The notes: generated from the letters alone by a model not told the origin. A DNA stretch of 64,000 nucleotides from the human T2T-CHM13v2.0 reference genome, Homo sapiens (GCF_009914755.1 NC_060926.1); one strand, 5' to 3'; positions 1 through 15,174 are shown, counted from the first letter of the stretch. Numbers and translations are program-made.

Positions 1-142
1 TATTTCAGGGCATCTAGAATTCTGCCTGCCTGAGAGGAGGTGATACCAGCCAGTTATATGAGGAGACGGGAGGAGGCGGTGTTTGATGGGTTGGTTTTTT
101 ACCAATGGGTTTGTAAAAAAAACCAAAATGAAGCTTTTTATT

Positions 143-288
143 GCTTCAGTTTCTTCATCTGTAAACTAAGAATAATAATAGTGCCAAGGACCTTGGACAT
201 AAAAATTACATAAGCTAATGCACGCAAAACACTGAGATTAGTGTAGGCTCATATAAATATTAAATAATTGTTAGCTGGCATTATTATT
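143..288 (+). mobile_element. MIR SINE fragment
   Basis: MIR core 'cttcagtttcttcatctgtaaa..aataataatagtgcc' followed by the 3' end 'taaataattgttagct..attatt'. Confidence 0.7.
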
Positions 289-1435
289 TCAAAAGACCTT
301 AGTAAGTTTAGACTGAGTCCAAATAGTACAGCAGTCATAAATGATGTCCATAAAATCTGTGTACAGTTTGAATATTTCATGAGTTCACTTCTGTGTAATA
401 TGTGACAATCTGCAAAATACAACAGAGAAAAAATCTACTCAAAAAATAAATTGTTAATGATTTCTTTGTTCTAATTATGTTTATTTTTCCAAATAATATA
501 TTGACTATAATAAATAGCTGAATTCAAATGTATCCAAAATTATAGTGAATATTTTAAAATATAAATGTCTACAATTAAATGTTGAAAAACATCCTGCTCA
601 TCTCAACATGGAAAGGTAGGACTTTGGCTGGAACTCAGGTACTATGGTTGAGTTGAAGAAGAGGAAAGCACATAAAATAGCATTTGGCCGATTATTTTTT
701 CCTAATACAGAAATAAATTGAGGAGGCTGTGAATACACTGTATAACAAAGACACTATATAAGAAATATCAGTGTGTTAGCACTAAAATAGTTCATTATTT
801 ATGTGATTAGAATAAGGACATTTGATAAACTTTTTTGATTTACTGTTTCTTGTAAAGATACATTACAGTTTATGTGCATTAGCATAATTTCAAGGCCCCA
901 AAGGTAAATGTTATGGGAAGATAATTTATTTTGTTCATATTGTTTCTCCTTGTATTTTTTTGTTTATATCTCAGTAATATATGAATATTTAAATTTCATG
1001 ATGGCAACTATATTTACAGATAATTGAAGCCTGGATATTTTTAATTTAAAAAAAGATATTTGCATGGTCACTCTTCTAGCAAGTAAAATGATTTTGCATT
1101 GGTTATTTATTCACTAAAATTTCCACAAATATATTCTAAATAACAATTACTGCTCTAGCAGAATATAGTGGACTAAAAAAAACTACATTATAGTTTGCAG
1201 GAAAAGATGAGACAATTATTCATGATCAAGTAGAGTTTTCTAGACAATGAGCTCATCTCAGTAGTACATAAAAACAATACGTTCAAATATAATTCAATAA
1301 ATGGGCTAAAACCTATTTAAACCTTGAAACCTGTTATTTTTTCTCCAGAAAATGACAAACTTTAGAGAGAATTGGAAACTTAAGTAATCAGAGATTTCTT
1401 CCTAAAATATGGCTTAATTATTGACTTTGTTAGAG

Positions 1436-1437
<2 letters not shown>

Positions 1438-1485
<48 letters not shown>
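1438..1485. repeat. (GT)~24 microsatellite
   Basis: Uninterrupted GT run; explains the CVCVCV ORF at 1421. Confidence 0.97.
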
Positions 1486-1486
<1 letters not shown>

Positions 1487-2944
1487 TACAGTAAGCAAAG
1501 CAGAATTCTAGATATTGGAGATCCAAGTGGATTGAATATACCTGATCTCCAGGAGCATATGCTGGATGAGGTAGGTAAGTACACTGTCGAGCTCAAGCCC
1601 ATGTGGTAAACACTAATCAAATGATTTGGGAGTGCCATCGAAGGGAAACAATCTGCTTTCAGGATGTCGGGAAAAGGGACCTAGAGTTAGGCAGACGATG
1701 GAGAAAGGCAAAAGAGTTCAGCAAATAAGGAACAATATATATATATATAGTGGTCCCTAGATCAGTACAAGGATAGTGGTGGCAACAGCAAAAGTAATAG
1801 AGTTAGGGAGGAGACAGGTAGACAGATAGGAGAGATATGTGTTCTTAAATAATGACTTAAGAAAAATAGCATAGATTGAAGGAAAATACTCAGGCTTCCA
1901 GGAAAGATGAAGTTTACAATCACATAGATAAAAAATACTGTTGTTAGAACAGGTTTGTGAAGGTTATGCCTGACATAACTGAGGAGTAATAAAGGTCAGT
2001 AGGTATTAAGTAAATAAAGAGGGTGTCTATCATATTGATACTTTTTCTGTACTTTAGATATATATATATATAGTACCTGCCACTTTATAGAATACACATA
2101 CCTATTTGGGAGACCATCTTTTAGCCATACAGTGATGCTATTTCATACATGACTAAATGACCCATTTTAATTATGTCTTCATTCATAAAAAGAAAAAAAA
2201 GTGTTAAAAATTTGTACTCTGTAGTTTTTCTACATCCTGTTTTAACAAAAGCATCTTCAATGTAGGACATTCTCAAGTTTATTCCTTACATTTTTGAGAA
2301 TCTTTACTCTTTGCTTAAAAGGAGATTTTTGCCCCAGCTTTCTCTTCTTCTCAAGTCATTTTTCAGACATATAAGTATAAAAACCAATTTATTATATAAG
2401 AAATGAGATAAAGGGCATAGAATTTAGGAATTGAGATTGATGACACGCTGTATATTCTTCTGAGCTGAAGTAACCAAGGTCAAGCAGAAGTAAGATTAAA
2501 CTGTTATCCTTTGGATTCTCAAAGTCTTTCCCCAAAATATGTAGGAATGAGACATGGAGAAATTGTAATTCAAATGTCAACATTTGACTTAGTAATTTAT
2601 CTGAAATGCCCAGACACAGAAAAAGATCAACAATTAAATGCAACATGCTACAGGCAATTGAAATAATATTCCCATAACTAAAGGTCATATTTGTATTAAT
2701 GGTAAAGAATATATTTGTTTAGTTGGAATTAAAAACAATACATTATCTAAAGCAAGAAGTTTTATTTAGAAGTATGACTGGTACACAGCAGGCTTAGTAA
2801 AATTTTAAAACAGAAAAATAGGAGATACAGTACATTATTGTAATGGTTTTGAAGGTATATCTTGAAAATGATTTGTGAATTAACGGTAAAATATATTATT
2901 AAAAATGAAATCTTTGTTATTTTAAAGTGACTTTGGTATTCTTT

Positions 2945-3060
2945 TACTCAATTTCTTTCATTTTGAAGATAAGGGAAATAAAGATCAAAAAGGCTATGAT
3001 TTGATAGAGTTCAGAAGGCAAGTAAAAGTCAGGACTGAAACTGGAACCTAGGCCTCATGA
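2945..3060 (-). mobile_element. MIR-family SINE fragment
   Basis: Degenerate 'cattttgaagataagggaaataaag...ggactgaaactggaacctaggcctcatga' resembles the antisense MIR core. Confidence 0.45.
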
Positions 3061-4689
3061 GCCTTTGTGTGCATGTGTGTTTTGTTAAACCATATCAGTT
3101 ATGGATTTGATTTTTATTTTCTGGATAACCTATTTAATCTAAATTTCTATTAATTTAGTAGATAGTCTAGTTTTAAAAATACCAATTAACATAAGAAGTT
3201 ACTAAAAGATATGAAAGAAAACTATTTTAAACAGCATTTTTTTTGTATTTTTTATGCTTAAAACAGCCATTAATTTCACATACTAAACCCTAGTGATGTT
3301 TTATTGTCATTTTTAAGTGAAAAGCTCAGTTAATTCTTTTACTTGGATTTTTTACACTCAGTAATGGCAGAAATAATGCAATAATTGCCATGCTAGTGAA
3401 CAGTTCGCTCATTTGCCTGGATAAATTATTTAATATTTGCTGTTTCAATCTTAATATTTTCCAATAAGTTTGTTAATTATGACACTTCACTATGCTTACT
3501 AAGGGAAATTATGAATTTGGGCACTGTGGTTCTGGTCTATTTCTGAATAGTTTGTATAAAACACTCATGTATACATACAAAAAAATAGAATGCTAAATTG
3601 CAAAACGTTGGCCCTATTTCTTCTATTTTAGTTCATTCTGTGATTTGACATCTATAAATACCTATCTTCTCTATTTTTTATTCATAGTGCCCAAAATGCA
3701 GTGTTAAATAGTTTGTCTATGACTCATTGACTTACTTTACAGATGCAGAAAATGCTCACAAATTTCATAGTGATTTACTGAACGGAAAATTTGATTTTAA
3801 ACCATGCTTGCATAGGTTGAGGAATGCTGTAGTGTTGACAGAGGAGGTGAAAGTCAGGAAATCTGGTAATCTATATGGTGGCTGTGGTTAGGCTATTATT
3901 TAACTCATATTGATACCTCATTTTAAGTTTAGAATACTTTGTCTATTTCATCAAATTAATGATTTTCAGTGACTGCAAATACACACACTAAATCCAAAGT
4001 GATCAATAGCTCCTAGAGAAACTATATTAATGATGGAGGTGATACTATTATGGCAATTTCATGAACTATATTCTATGACCTATAAAGGTGTTAGACGTTT
4101 GTATCTTCTGATTGTTTCTCTAATCTTATATACCATTTAAGTTTACTTCAGGAAAGGCATGTCTAATAAAGTAATTTAAAGTGCAAAATTAAAAACTATG
4201 TTTCAAAATGGGAACCAAATTTATAAGATAAGTTCATTGGCATGAAAAAGAGATACCATATTCCATTTTTCAGTTGATTATGCTTATTAGAGCAAAAATC
4301 ACTTGATATGTATGATAAGAAGGTTTCTAGCAGATGTCTCTTTGATGTAAGATATAAAACAGCACATACCTCATTAAAGAACACATCAAAAGCATAAAAA
4401 TGCAACCATTAATCTATATTTCATAATTTCCCTATAATAACTCTAAGTGAAACTCATAGAACACAAATGAAAGAGCTATAGAAGAAGGTAATATTAACAT
4501 TTATATATGATTTAGTCCTTGTTCCTTTGAATTATATTAAATAGCTGTTGGTCCAAATTGACTATAAAGAATTTTTAAAAGTTTAATATATAAATGATAA
4601 CTTAGGAATTTTGTTCCAATAGGAAAGATGGCCCTTTTCATTCATTTGTCAAAAAATGTATGCTATCAAGAAATGTTAGACTTGAATGG

Positions 4690-4858
4690 GATACTGAGTA
4701 CCATCAAGCCTAATTCCTACATTTTACAGATGAGTATATTGAGGCACACAGTAGTTAACTAACTCTATCACCCCCATAATTAACAGAATTAGAATATTGA
4801 TGAAAATCAAAATTTTTAGACTAATATTTCAATGCTCTTTCTATACTCTGCTGTGCTA
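4690..4858 (-). mobile_element. MIR SINE fragment
   Basis: 'cattttacagatgagtatattgaggcacacagtagttaa...aatgctctttctatac'. Confidence 0.65.
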
Positions 4859-5104
4859 TCTTAGAAGCATACTTTCTATCTCAGAGAATCTGAAATCCTT
4901 AGAGTTGGAAAATGCCTTACATTACAGATGTTTTTTATTCAACAGCACAAACACAAACATATAAAAATACCTATAAAATATTAATGTTATAGGTATGCAA
5001 TAAAAACAATTGATAATGTGGGAAGTTCCATAAGAAAAAGAACCCACTTTATGAAGAAGAACATTGCAATGAGGGAAAGCTACCCAATAAATTAAGATAT
5101 AATG

Positions 5105-5250
5105 AATGGAGAGGTCAACCAAATGCAATGTGTGAATCTTATTTGGATTCTGACTCAAATAAACCAACTTCAATTTTTAAAAAATTTATATATCAATCAA
5201 GGGAAAGTGACCATTCACTGGACACTTAATGATACTAAGTATTCTTGAAA
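5105..5250 (+). mobile_element. Ancient L1M (L1MC/MD/ME-type) 3' UTR fragment
   Basis: 'caaccaaatgcaatgtgtgaatcttatttggattctga' motif typical of old L1M 3' UTRs. Confidence 0.5.
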
Positions 5251-6166
5251 AATGACAATAATTTTAAAAACTGTAGGCCTGATCTGTTTCATCAGACACT
5301 TTCAGGACCAGTAATTTATCTATTGGTGCATTGCCTAACAGTAGACACACAATAAGCTTGTGTTGAATTTGTTGTTTTTTCATTTATTAATATTATAATA
5401 TATGGAATAAAAGTAAACATTTCAAAGTTGTAAATTGCAAGTATATAAAAATTTTTAAAATCATATCCAATTTAAGAGTCAAGAGAGTTTCGAACACATT
5501 AATTTACTCAAATTTGTATTCTACATCAAAATAATTTAATTTTCCTCTCAGACCTTGTACTTGATGCTGAAGGTCAAAGGTTTAAATTTATATGCTCATC
5601 TTTCTTTTTGGATTCCAACATAGTCCTAATTGAAATTTGACATATATGACTATTAGTTGAAATTATTCCTTTTCCATGCTTCATTAACAATACACTTTAC
5701 TATACTACAACGATAATGCTCATAATAAAAGTCTCCTATGCAATGTGGATTACACTGAAACATGATTGATTATCTCAAATGTAACATAGAATTCGTATTA
5801 TAAAATTTAAGATGCTGAAATTGAGTCTGTGACTGGAATTTAAATATGCACTGAAAGAAGCAAAATCAGTTTTCATTATTAAAAAAGAGTAAAATTTTGA
5901 GAAACAATTTTCTTTTACTTAGTTATGTTTTAATTAGAGATGAATATGATATTCAGGCTTTTTTGTGAAGACATTTTCTTTGAACATTAATTTATTGTTA
6001 TAAATTATATATAGTTTTAGTTTGTATGTTGTTTCTAAAGTATGCATGTTCCTGTGTTATTATTACTTTGTATTTAGTTCCAAGTATAATGTTTTATAAA
6101 AGTATGGCTATTTATAAAGTCTAATTCTGCAAAGTACATTTAACAAAACAGCTATAGAATGAATAC

Positions 6167-6384
6167 CTGCTGATTTCCTCTACAGCATCAATGTCCTTTC
6201 TCTTCTGCCAAAGGTAACCTGGCTTTCCTTTAGTAGAGTTTGCCTTTTCCCTGTATAGTAACAGTCCTGAAGTTCCCAGCCAGTTTAAGCCAATTGCAAA
6301 ATGTTTGGTCACCATATCTGGTTTAAAGACAACACGAATAATATATTTGCTGAGACTTTCTGGGAAATAAATTTCCTGATTCTT
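6167..6384 (-). other. Candidate 218-bp internal exon (unverified)
   Basis: Minus strand acceptor 'gttgtttgttttgttttcag|' and donor 'cag|gtattc'; one frame is open throughout (ORF 6121..6399); non-repetitive sequence; no protein family recognised. Confidence 0.2.
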
Positions 6385-6749
6385 CTGAAAACAAAACAAA
6401 CAACCAAAAAAGCCTTCTAAATAAATGCTCTCTTTTCCTTTAATAGGTATGAGAGAGCCCTGTGAGTGCTGAAGGCATTTTTCTACCTAATGATGACTCT
6501 AGTACTGGAGGAAGCAAAATTGGAAAAATCTTAGAAAAACGGACATCTAACCTTGACCAAACATGCCTGAAGGCTTTCTTCCCTACCTGAATTATGATAT
6601 ATTTTTCTATACACAAAATAATGTAATTTTCAAAGTTAATCCTTTGAAAGCTCAGATTTTTTACAACAGCTTTAACAAGGCAATAGCTTTACTGTGTGCT
6701 GTGAGCTGATAGATTGGGAACTTTCAACCACTTACACTATGGCTAAGAA

Positions 6750-7107
6750 TTCAAATCTCTGGAGAAAGATTAGGAATGTGCATTTACACAAGCGTTGTTA
6801 TCTCATTCTGACGTAGATGGTCATCTACCAGACAATTTGAGTTTAAGTTTTACCTGGGAGCTTTGAAAAAATACAGATGCCTAGCCCCCACAGACCTCAC
6901 ATCCAAAGATTTGGTTCCACTAGAATGGGGTACAGGTAACAGTGTTTAGAGCTCCATAGCTTGTTAATGTGCAGCCATGGTGTCAAGGCAAGACTTCTCA
7001 AACTTTAACGTGCAGACAAATCATTCATCGATATAGTAAAAATGCAAGTTGTGATTTAGTAGGTCTGAGATAAGGCCTGAGATCTTGCATTTCTAATGAG
7101 TGTCCCA
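6750..7107. mobile_element. Cluster of MER5A/MER5B (hAT-Charlie) MITE fragments
   Basis: 'acctgggagctttgaaaaaatacagatgcctagcccc', 'cttctcaaactttaacgtgca' and 'tagtaggtctgagataaggcctgagatcttgcatttctaa'. Confidence 0.65.
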
Positions 7108-8929
7108 ACTCTAAAAAACAAAAATCAGTTAATCAGGCTAGGCATTGACAGGCATGTACATTACAAGTGAAGTAGATAAGGAAAGGTTGGTACTAGAAAT
7201 TATCCACTGTACTGGGGCAAGTGTAAAGAGCACAGATCCAGTTAGAAGTTAATAGCTTTTTTTGCATCACTAATTTTTTAGAGGCTAGGAAAGTCCATTT
7301 TAATATTACGCATTTAAGAGAGAAACTAGGTATTAAAGAAATTAACATTTAGCAGTTGGAAAATATTGACTTGGTAGCAGGGAGTCTGTTATCCTTGCTG
7401 TTACCCTGAACATTTCAATTTCAGAAAGTTGCATGACTTTTGAATCTCCTCCATGTAAGACATCCTGCTTGACATAAGGATTTATTTCTGACTTTCCATC
7501 AGTTTCTAATTAATAGCACCACTGTGTGCTACATGATGTGAGAATTAAAAATCTCTAAACAGTACCACAGGAGCACCACATTGCACTTCTACTTGAAAAA
7601 ACACCTGATCAGTTATCCAGCTGTTTCCTCCAGATGTTTTCTGTAAACTCAAAGGTCATTGTTTCACTAAAATTGAGATTAATTTGGCTTAAACATATCT
7701 TGCTCACTATAATAAAGTAGAGCTATTAAAATCAAGTTTTTAAATAGCCACAGGTATATACAATCAAATGTTGTAGAACTTACCAAATATATGTTTCTAA
7801 AAGCACTTTCTCTCCACTTTTATAAATCTAAATGCAAAATCATATAGTTTGTATGTTTTGTAATAAAATGTGTAGTGACACATTCTTTCCTCTGAGTAAA
7901 TATCTCATGACGAAAAGGAACATATCATTATTAGTACAGAGTAATAACAGAATTCACTATAAGATGAAAAGCTCAGCAAATGGTGACTGCTCTTGAAATG
8001 ACAAATAACACATAATATCTTCCCCTAAGCTAATCTGGAAGCAAAATAATAAGACATGACCTAAAGGATACAGTATATGTGTCTGTATGCTTTACTTTAT
8101 AGCATCTTTGTAAAATAATGTGATTTTACCAGATTGCATGAGATTGTGTTATAACCAGATACTATTAGAGTCATAGGCATTAAAAGTTGTCCTTCATAAG
8201 GGGTATTATGGCATTTAATTACAAGTATTCTTTTTCATAATGAAATCAGAATGCAAACACCAGCCCTACAATAACTCTGCACTTGAATAGCAAACCAAAT
8301 ATTCCTCAAAGGTCATAATTTTATAAGTTTGAGATTAAAAATAACATCTAATCTTTACTACTGCTGTCTTTCCATCCCTAGGAATATTACTTATTTTCAT
8401 TAATTACTTATTTAGTCTATTTGATCACAAAGTTAAATCAAAATCTCAGAGAAGACTACAGCAATAACATTTATCAAGCTCCATTGTGTATCTGTCATTG
8501 GGTGTATACTATTCTGTGAACTATGGCCTTCCACGGACTATTAATAAAGAGACATAGTTACATATCAATATTTATTTCTATGACGTATGTCCCCTATGAA
8601 AAAAATATACCTTGGTCTATGATTAAATGTCCTTTGTTTACAAAAACCATTATTGTGTACTAAATTATTCGTCCTTTTTCCTTTCAAACAATAAAAAAGC
8701 TATTGAAATATGAAGTGAAGCTTTGAATGTCCCAATGTTCATAGCCAGATTTAAATTACCAAACTAATAGCCAAAAAACCCAAGAAGAAAACAACAGAGT
8801 GGGAGATTGAAAGACACAATTGTTTAAAAAAGAAACAAAACAGTAGAATGGAAACATCTGGTCTTAGCATGAATATAACAATAATAGCAAAAGGAGTAGA
8901 AGTGGCACAAGAACACGTGCATTGTGTGG

Positions 8930-9150
8930 GTTGCTGTGTGTTATGCACCAGGTTAAGTCCTATTTATTTGTTATATAGTTCTTCTAATCCTATTATATAG
9001 GTATTTCATCATTCCCGCATTATATCTGGGGAAATTGAGGCTTGAAAATCTCTAATTAATCTGTCAAATCTCAGATCATTATTAAGAGGTAAAACCAGGG
9101 ACTCAAACCTAAATCTGACTTCAAAGCCTATTGTCTTAACCAAGCTACAC
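8930..9150 (-). mobile_element. MIR SINE
   Basis: 'cattatatctggggaaattgaggctt...gggactcaaacctaaatctgacttcaaagcc..tcttaacca'. Confidence 0.65.
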
Positions 9151-9340
9151 TTGGCAGCCAGAAAGCAGTACACAGAAAGTATGTACTTTTAACTAAATAA
9201 AATTACTCTGAAATAATTTTCTACTCAAAAGAAATTATCTTAAGATAAAAAGTATTGCTAAAATCATGCTGACTGGCATCCAGGAAAAAATAGGACTGAC
9301 AAAGAACCGTTTATTAATATGGCAGGCAGGTTGTGACCAC

Positions 9341-9342
<2 letters not shown>

Positions 9343-9379
<37 letters not shown>

Positions 9380-9663
9380 TTTGAGACAGAGTCTTGCACT
9401 GTTGCCCAGGCTGGAGTGCAATGGTGTGATCTCTGGTCACTGCAATCTCCGCCTCCTGAGTTCATGCCATTCTCCTGACTCAGCCTACCAAGTAGCTAGA
9501 ACTACAGGCACTCAACACCACGCCCAGCTAATTTTTTGTATTTTTAGTAGAGACGGGGTTTCACTGTGTTAGCCAGGATGGTCTCGATCTCCTGACCTTG
9601 TGCTTTGCCCGCCTCAGCCTCCCAAAGTGCTGGGATTACAGGCGTGAGCCACCGCGCCCAGCA
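9343..9663 (-). mobile_element. Full-length Alu (AluY/AluSc-like) with (TAAA)n tail
   Basis: Dimeric Alu with 'ttcatgccattctcc' and 'gttagccaggatggtctcgatc'; TSD gtgaccactt at 9333-9342 and 9664-9673. Confidence 0.97.
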
Positions 9664-9958
9664 GTGACCACTTTTATCTATACCAAACAAAAATATTATA
9701 AATAAAATATATTAAAAATAAAAACACATTCTAACACAAAGAAAAAACTCTCTAGATGAGAAATAGAATAGGAAACTAAGAGGTGACTAGTGACTTATGT
9801 GGTAAGGCTGTAACAGAAGAATCTAAGCATCAAAATTAGTAGTGAAGTCCAGCATTTGCTCCTGTATGAAAATGAAACTGATTACAGTCCACATAAGATG
9901 AGGGACTAGAACCAAGTCCCCTATATAAAGCTAGGAATTAGCACCCTTCTCACCCTCA

Positions 9959-10914
<956 letters not shown>

Positions 10915-11199
10915 CTCTCATCAATGAATATAGGAAAACTACTAACTACTTACTCAGTGTACTCTTGGCAGAAACAGTAACTGGGAACTGAGAAATGGAT
11001 TGTTGTGTATGTGAAGTTGATGGTATTGTAGCGGAATATTATGATGGAGTGAAGGTCTGAGCTACTAATATAAGACATATCTTTGAAATCTGGATGTATC
11101 TGAATGAGATAATCATGGACCCACGGAACAAGAGGGAGAAAAGATATGAAAATAAAAGTTATCTCAAGAGATGTTCTCTCAAATCCCATTCCCACAATG

Positions 11200-11540
11200 A
11201 ATAAAGAAACCTGATACTAATACACTCATTCAGTAAACCTGAAAGATGGAAGAATGTATGCCCAAAGAACTAGAAATAATACACCAATCTGAAACTGCAT
11301 TAAAATACAATTTGAAGTCCTCAAAGATGTAGAGTAGATATGAGCATCAACAAAATGAAATCCATACAACAGACAAGGAATATCAGCAGGTGAGAATCAA
11401 GTATAGGTATGACAAGAAACCAACTGGAATTCAAGAAAAAGGAAACCATAGTGCTTAAAATGAAAATTTAAAAACACTAAATAAATGGAGGTAAACAGAT
11501 TGAACAAAGGCAGAATGAATTAAAGATTTGAGTATCAGAG
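11200..11540 (+). mobile_element. Ancient L1M/HAL1 ORF1-region fragment
   Basis: A-rich 'aagaaaccaactggaattcaagaaa...aaatggaggtaaacagattgaaca' resembles the coiled-coil region of old L1 ORF1. Confidence 0.4.
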
Positions 11541-11750
11541 CATACATACAGCTTTGATATGAAATGAAAGGTTAACAAATGGGGCTTTACAAGAATAGAA
11601 TGCATGTTACTTTGTGTTGAATTGAAGGGTAAGTCTGTCCAATTGAGAAAGAAGCAGAGAGAGAATGCAAATCTGTGTCACTGCCTTGAAGAGATTTTTA
11701 TGTTCATTTTGTTAAACTGCTTCCCATAAAGTGGTCCCACGATATTCCAG

Positions 11751-12307
11751 TGTGGAAGTAAATGAAGACCAACCAAATGAGAACAAGCAAAGGATATTTA
11801 TTAGAGCTTACTGCAGCAAGGGAATCAGCCACCACCACTTGTGTTTTGGCAGAGACTCAAAGGTTGGCAGAGAGAATATGAAAGCTTTATATTGGGGGGG
11901 GAAAAAAAAACAAGAGGGCTTCAGGTGTACTCTCATTGGAGGCTGTTGGCATGGAGAAACTGTAAGTACATTAACTACAAGTGGGACACCTTGTGATTGA
12001 CTAGGAGTGCATCCTTGCTTTCTCCAGTTGGTCCTAAGTTAGAAGCAGAGACAAAAATTAGGGAAGCTGTCAGTTTTTAATCAAGTCCTGGCCACTTTAG
12101 GGCAATTATTACAGGAGTTATTGTTTGGCTACCTGGAAAGTTGGTAGAGATACCAGTCTGACTTCCTACAGGTCTTAGTTGGAGCAGGCTGGCCTCCTGG
12201 GCTGGTTGCTATAGATAAGGGATTGGTTTCCTGGTCAGGTTGCTGCAGGTTGCGAGTTCTGTTCTTATATATGGTCTGGCCATTGTCCATTTGCACAGTG
12301 TCTCTCA
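11751..12307 (-). mobile_element. ERV1 solo LTR, MER89-like
   Basis: TG...CA termini ('tgtggaagtaaat'...'tctctca'); minus-strand polyA signal (tttatt near 11797); near-TSD ccag/ctag; internal 'gtcctaagttagaagcagagacaaaaattagggaagctgtcag'. Confidence 0.75.
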
Positions 12308-15174
12308 CTAGAAAAGTTTTGCAGCAGAAACTGAAGAATTACTTTCTTTTTTATTTTGATACGATATTAATGCTAAGCTATCAGTACAATGGTGTAGGTA
12401 GGCTGCCAATTATGGATGCTCACTGTATCTCACAATCTAGGAAAAATTATACAGTTCAAAATTTGTTCAAAATGTTTTACGATTTTTTGTAAAACATCTC
12501 TGATTATAGCACTTGTTTCTTCATTCGTACTTTCTCCTAAGAAGAATCAACTGCAGGCCATCAGTTTATGCTGAGGTATCAGTTAAGTGATGGAATAATT
12601 AGTGAGAACCATCCCATCTTTATAACAAAAAGTATTTGTAAGTTAGCATTTTATAAAATAGTTACTTAAGAGAGTAATGTATGTCACTCATATACAGCTG
12701 AGTCCGAAAGAATCCTAATTGCTCTCTGGCAATTATGATAATTTTCCTGGCAGGAAAATCCAAGAGGAGTATCTGCGAACATAAATCTCCAATGAGAGAA
12801 TACACCCTCATGTTCAACACCTTTTAACAATATAGCATATGAAGGTGAGTTGCCCCATGAACTTTCTGTCTCAGTCAAAATGAGAGGGCATCTCCCCATT
12901 TCTTTCACAGTGAGTGGAGTGGGTGATATTACCAGGATCAGAAGTCTCTAATTGCACGCCCTATTTTCTACAACCTTTATTTTAGGATTCTGATTTCTAG
13001 CCTCTTGACAAAATAGAGCTTCCAGCTCCCCTCGTAAGTGCCTTTATGAACACATTTGGCTGCTTGTCTTTAGAATATCCTTAATCCCAGCAGGAATGCT
13101 TTTAAATGTATTCCCAGAGCAGGTGCCCTCTATTTCTCTCCTCTCGACTGCCATCATCCCCATCCTCCATCCCTTCTGCCTCTTCAGTTCATAGCAGAAG
13201 CTGCAGGCACAAGCAGCATGCCCTGGCTCCAGTCCTAGCTGGAGCTGCCTTGGCAGTAAGCACACCAATATCCACCAAATAGCATGTCTTACATTCAAAC
13301 TGTGGAGGAGGAGATTGTAATGAATTAAATCAAAATTTAAAGTTAACATAGGCGATTATATGTAAAGGTAACTCAAAATACAAGGACCTAGGTAAAGGAA
13401 CTATTGAGTCACCTAAATATTTATTGACTGAAAGTCCCACTCTGTGCCTCATAGTCATGCAGATGCTTAAATTATTGTCTGCTATTTCTTACATCTTGTG
13501 TCTTCTTAAATTTGCAGTTTTGGAGGAAAACTGTCCAACTTTTGAAATATTTTGGGTTACTTTTTGCAGACTTCAATGAGATAGGATTCTATCATTAGTC
13601 TCTTAGAAAGGAAATATAAGATGAATAATCTGCCTATGGCAAATAACCCAGGACCATACAGAATCTAACAGGCACCCTGCCAAATTGCAAATGGCCCAAA
13701 TTTCAAAATCACATTAAATAACACTTTATAATGAGAATGGGCAATGAATCACAAAATCACATTATATAATGGGAATGGGCAATGAATGAGGAGCTAAGAG
13801 TAAGAAAAGTAGATTCTGAATTCCCTGATCCCTCCCAGGCATTTTTTCAAGGATAGATTTTCCTTAGAATTGTGAGGAATGAAGTCTGGGTGCTTGTGGA
13901 CAGATCATCTGTGTTTACCAGAACAGCCTATTATTTCCTTTTGTTTCAATACAAAGTCTAGAGAAATGCCATTAGTAAGTGATTTAAGGAGGGAGGAAGA
14001 GACAAAATCTTCAATATTCAAGTCTAACTTGAATATTGCTACAATTTGACTTAATTTCAAACTTTTTTCTTTTTACTTCCTCACTGTCACTTAGGAAGAG
14101 TTAAACAGCAACTAACAAGCATTACTTTAAAAGGTTTGGTTTGCTTTCCAGATAAATCCAAAGCTTATAAATAGGAACCTATCTACTGCTCAATTTCGAA
14201 GTCGATACCAAGATCCCCGTAATTACAACAGAAAACGGATGGCTAAACTGGTCCAGCTCCCCATAAGGGATCCCTCCCTTCTCTCAGCACCAGGGATGGA
14301 GGCAAATAGGCAGGCAATGTACCCAGTGCTTAAAGTATGAAAATATGGTTTAGTCACATCAGCAGAAAAGAAACTTACTCAAGCTCTGAAGAAATGTATT
14401 CTTAATATCCAGGAAATATAGTATGTAGATAAGAGATCACAGTGTGTTCTGTTTCCTTTTCTTATTTTCAAAGTGGGAATTTTTATAATGGCTATCTTGT
14501 TTGCCTTTCACCATTATAAACAGGGTCATAACTAGAGAATGACTATTTAGATCCTATGTTGGGACATTAAGAAGAGTCACACCCCAAAACAATTAAGTTT
14601 GAAATCCATGAGAAAACCTGGACTTGGAAATGAATGCAGTAGATGAATTTAACACTGGTTTTGGTTTTGGTTTCTTTTTGTTGTTGCTGTTGTTGTTCTA
14701 TGAGTAAACTGGTTTGTTCACTCATAGAACAAGAGATATAATTGCATTAGGTTTATTTAGAGCATTTTTGCCACTGCAAGACTGGCAGAAAAATAGGTAA
14801 ATGTGCTACAACTAATAAAAGAACAGAATTTTGTAGGAACAAAGAGCTGTAGTATTTTTCTTTTTGGCTTGCATAAACTACCAAATCCATGTTTTGCTTT
14901 AAGTTAATCTGTGTTTTATATTTGCAATTGAAACAGTCATGGTTAATAAGGGAAAAGGTATAAGAAATGGGATTGTTGGTGGTAAAATTTCATGCATAAC
15001 TCCTAGTAGCTTTTTTCTCCTCTTTCCTACATCTGATTAATGTCTGGTCTTTCTTGCAACTTTTCTTCTCTTTCTCTGAATTTTTTCAGATTCCTTTCCC
15101 AGATTTCTCCCACAGGGTCAATCTCCCAAGGCAGTTATGTGAAGGAAAGTTTATTGGAAGTTTTGTGATAAAGT

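Noticed and set aside
1421-1609. Cys/Val-repeat ORF
   Set aside because: Translation of a (GT)n microsatellite.
12751-12769. 9-bp inverted repeat attttcctg-g-caggaaaat (a similar one lies near 61246-61264)
   Set aside because: The stem is short enough to be expected by chance.
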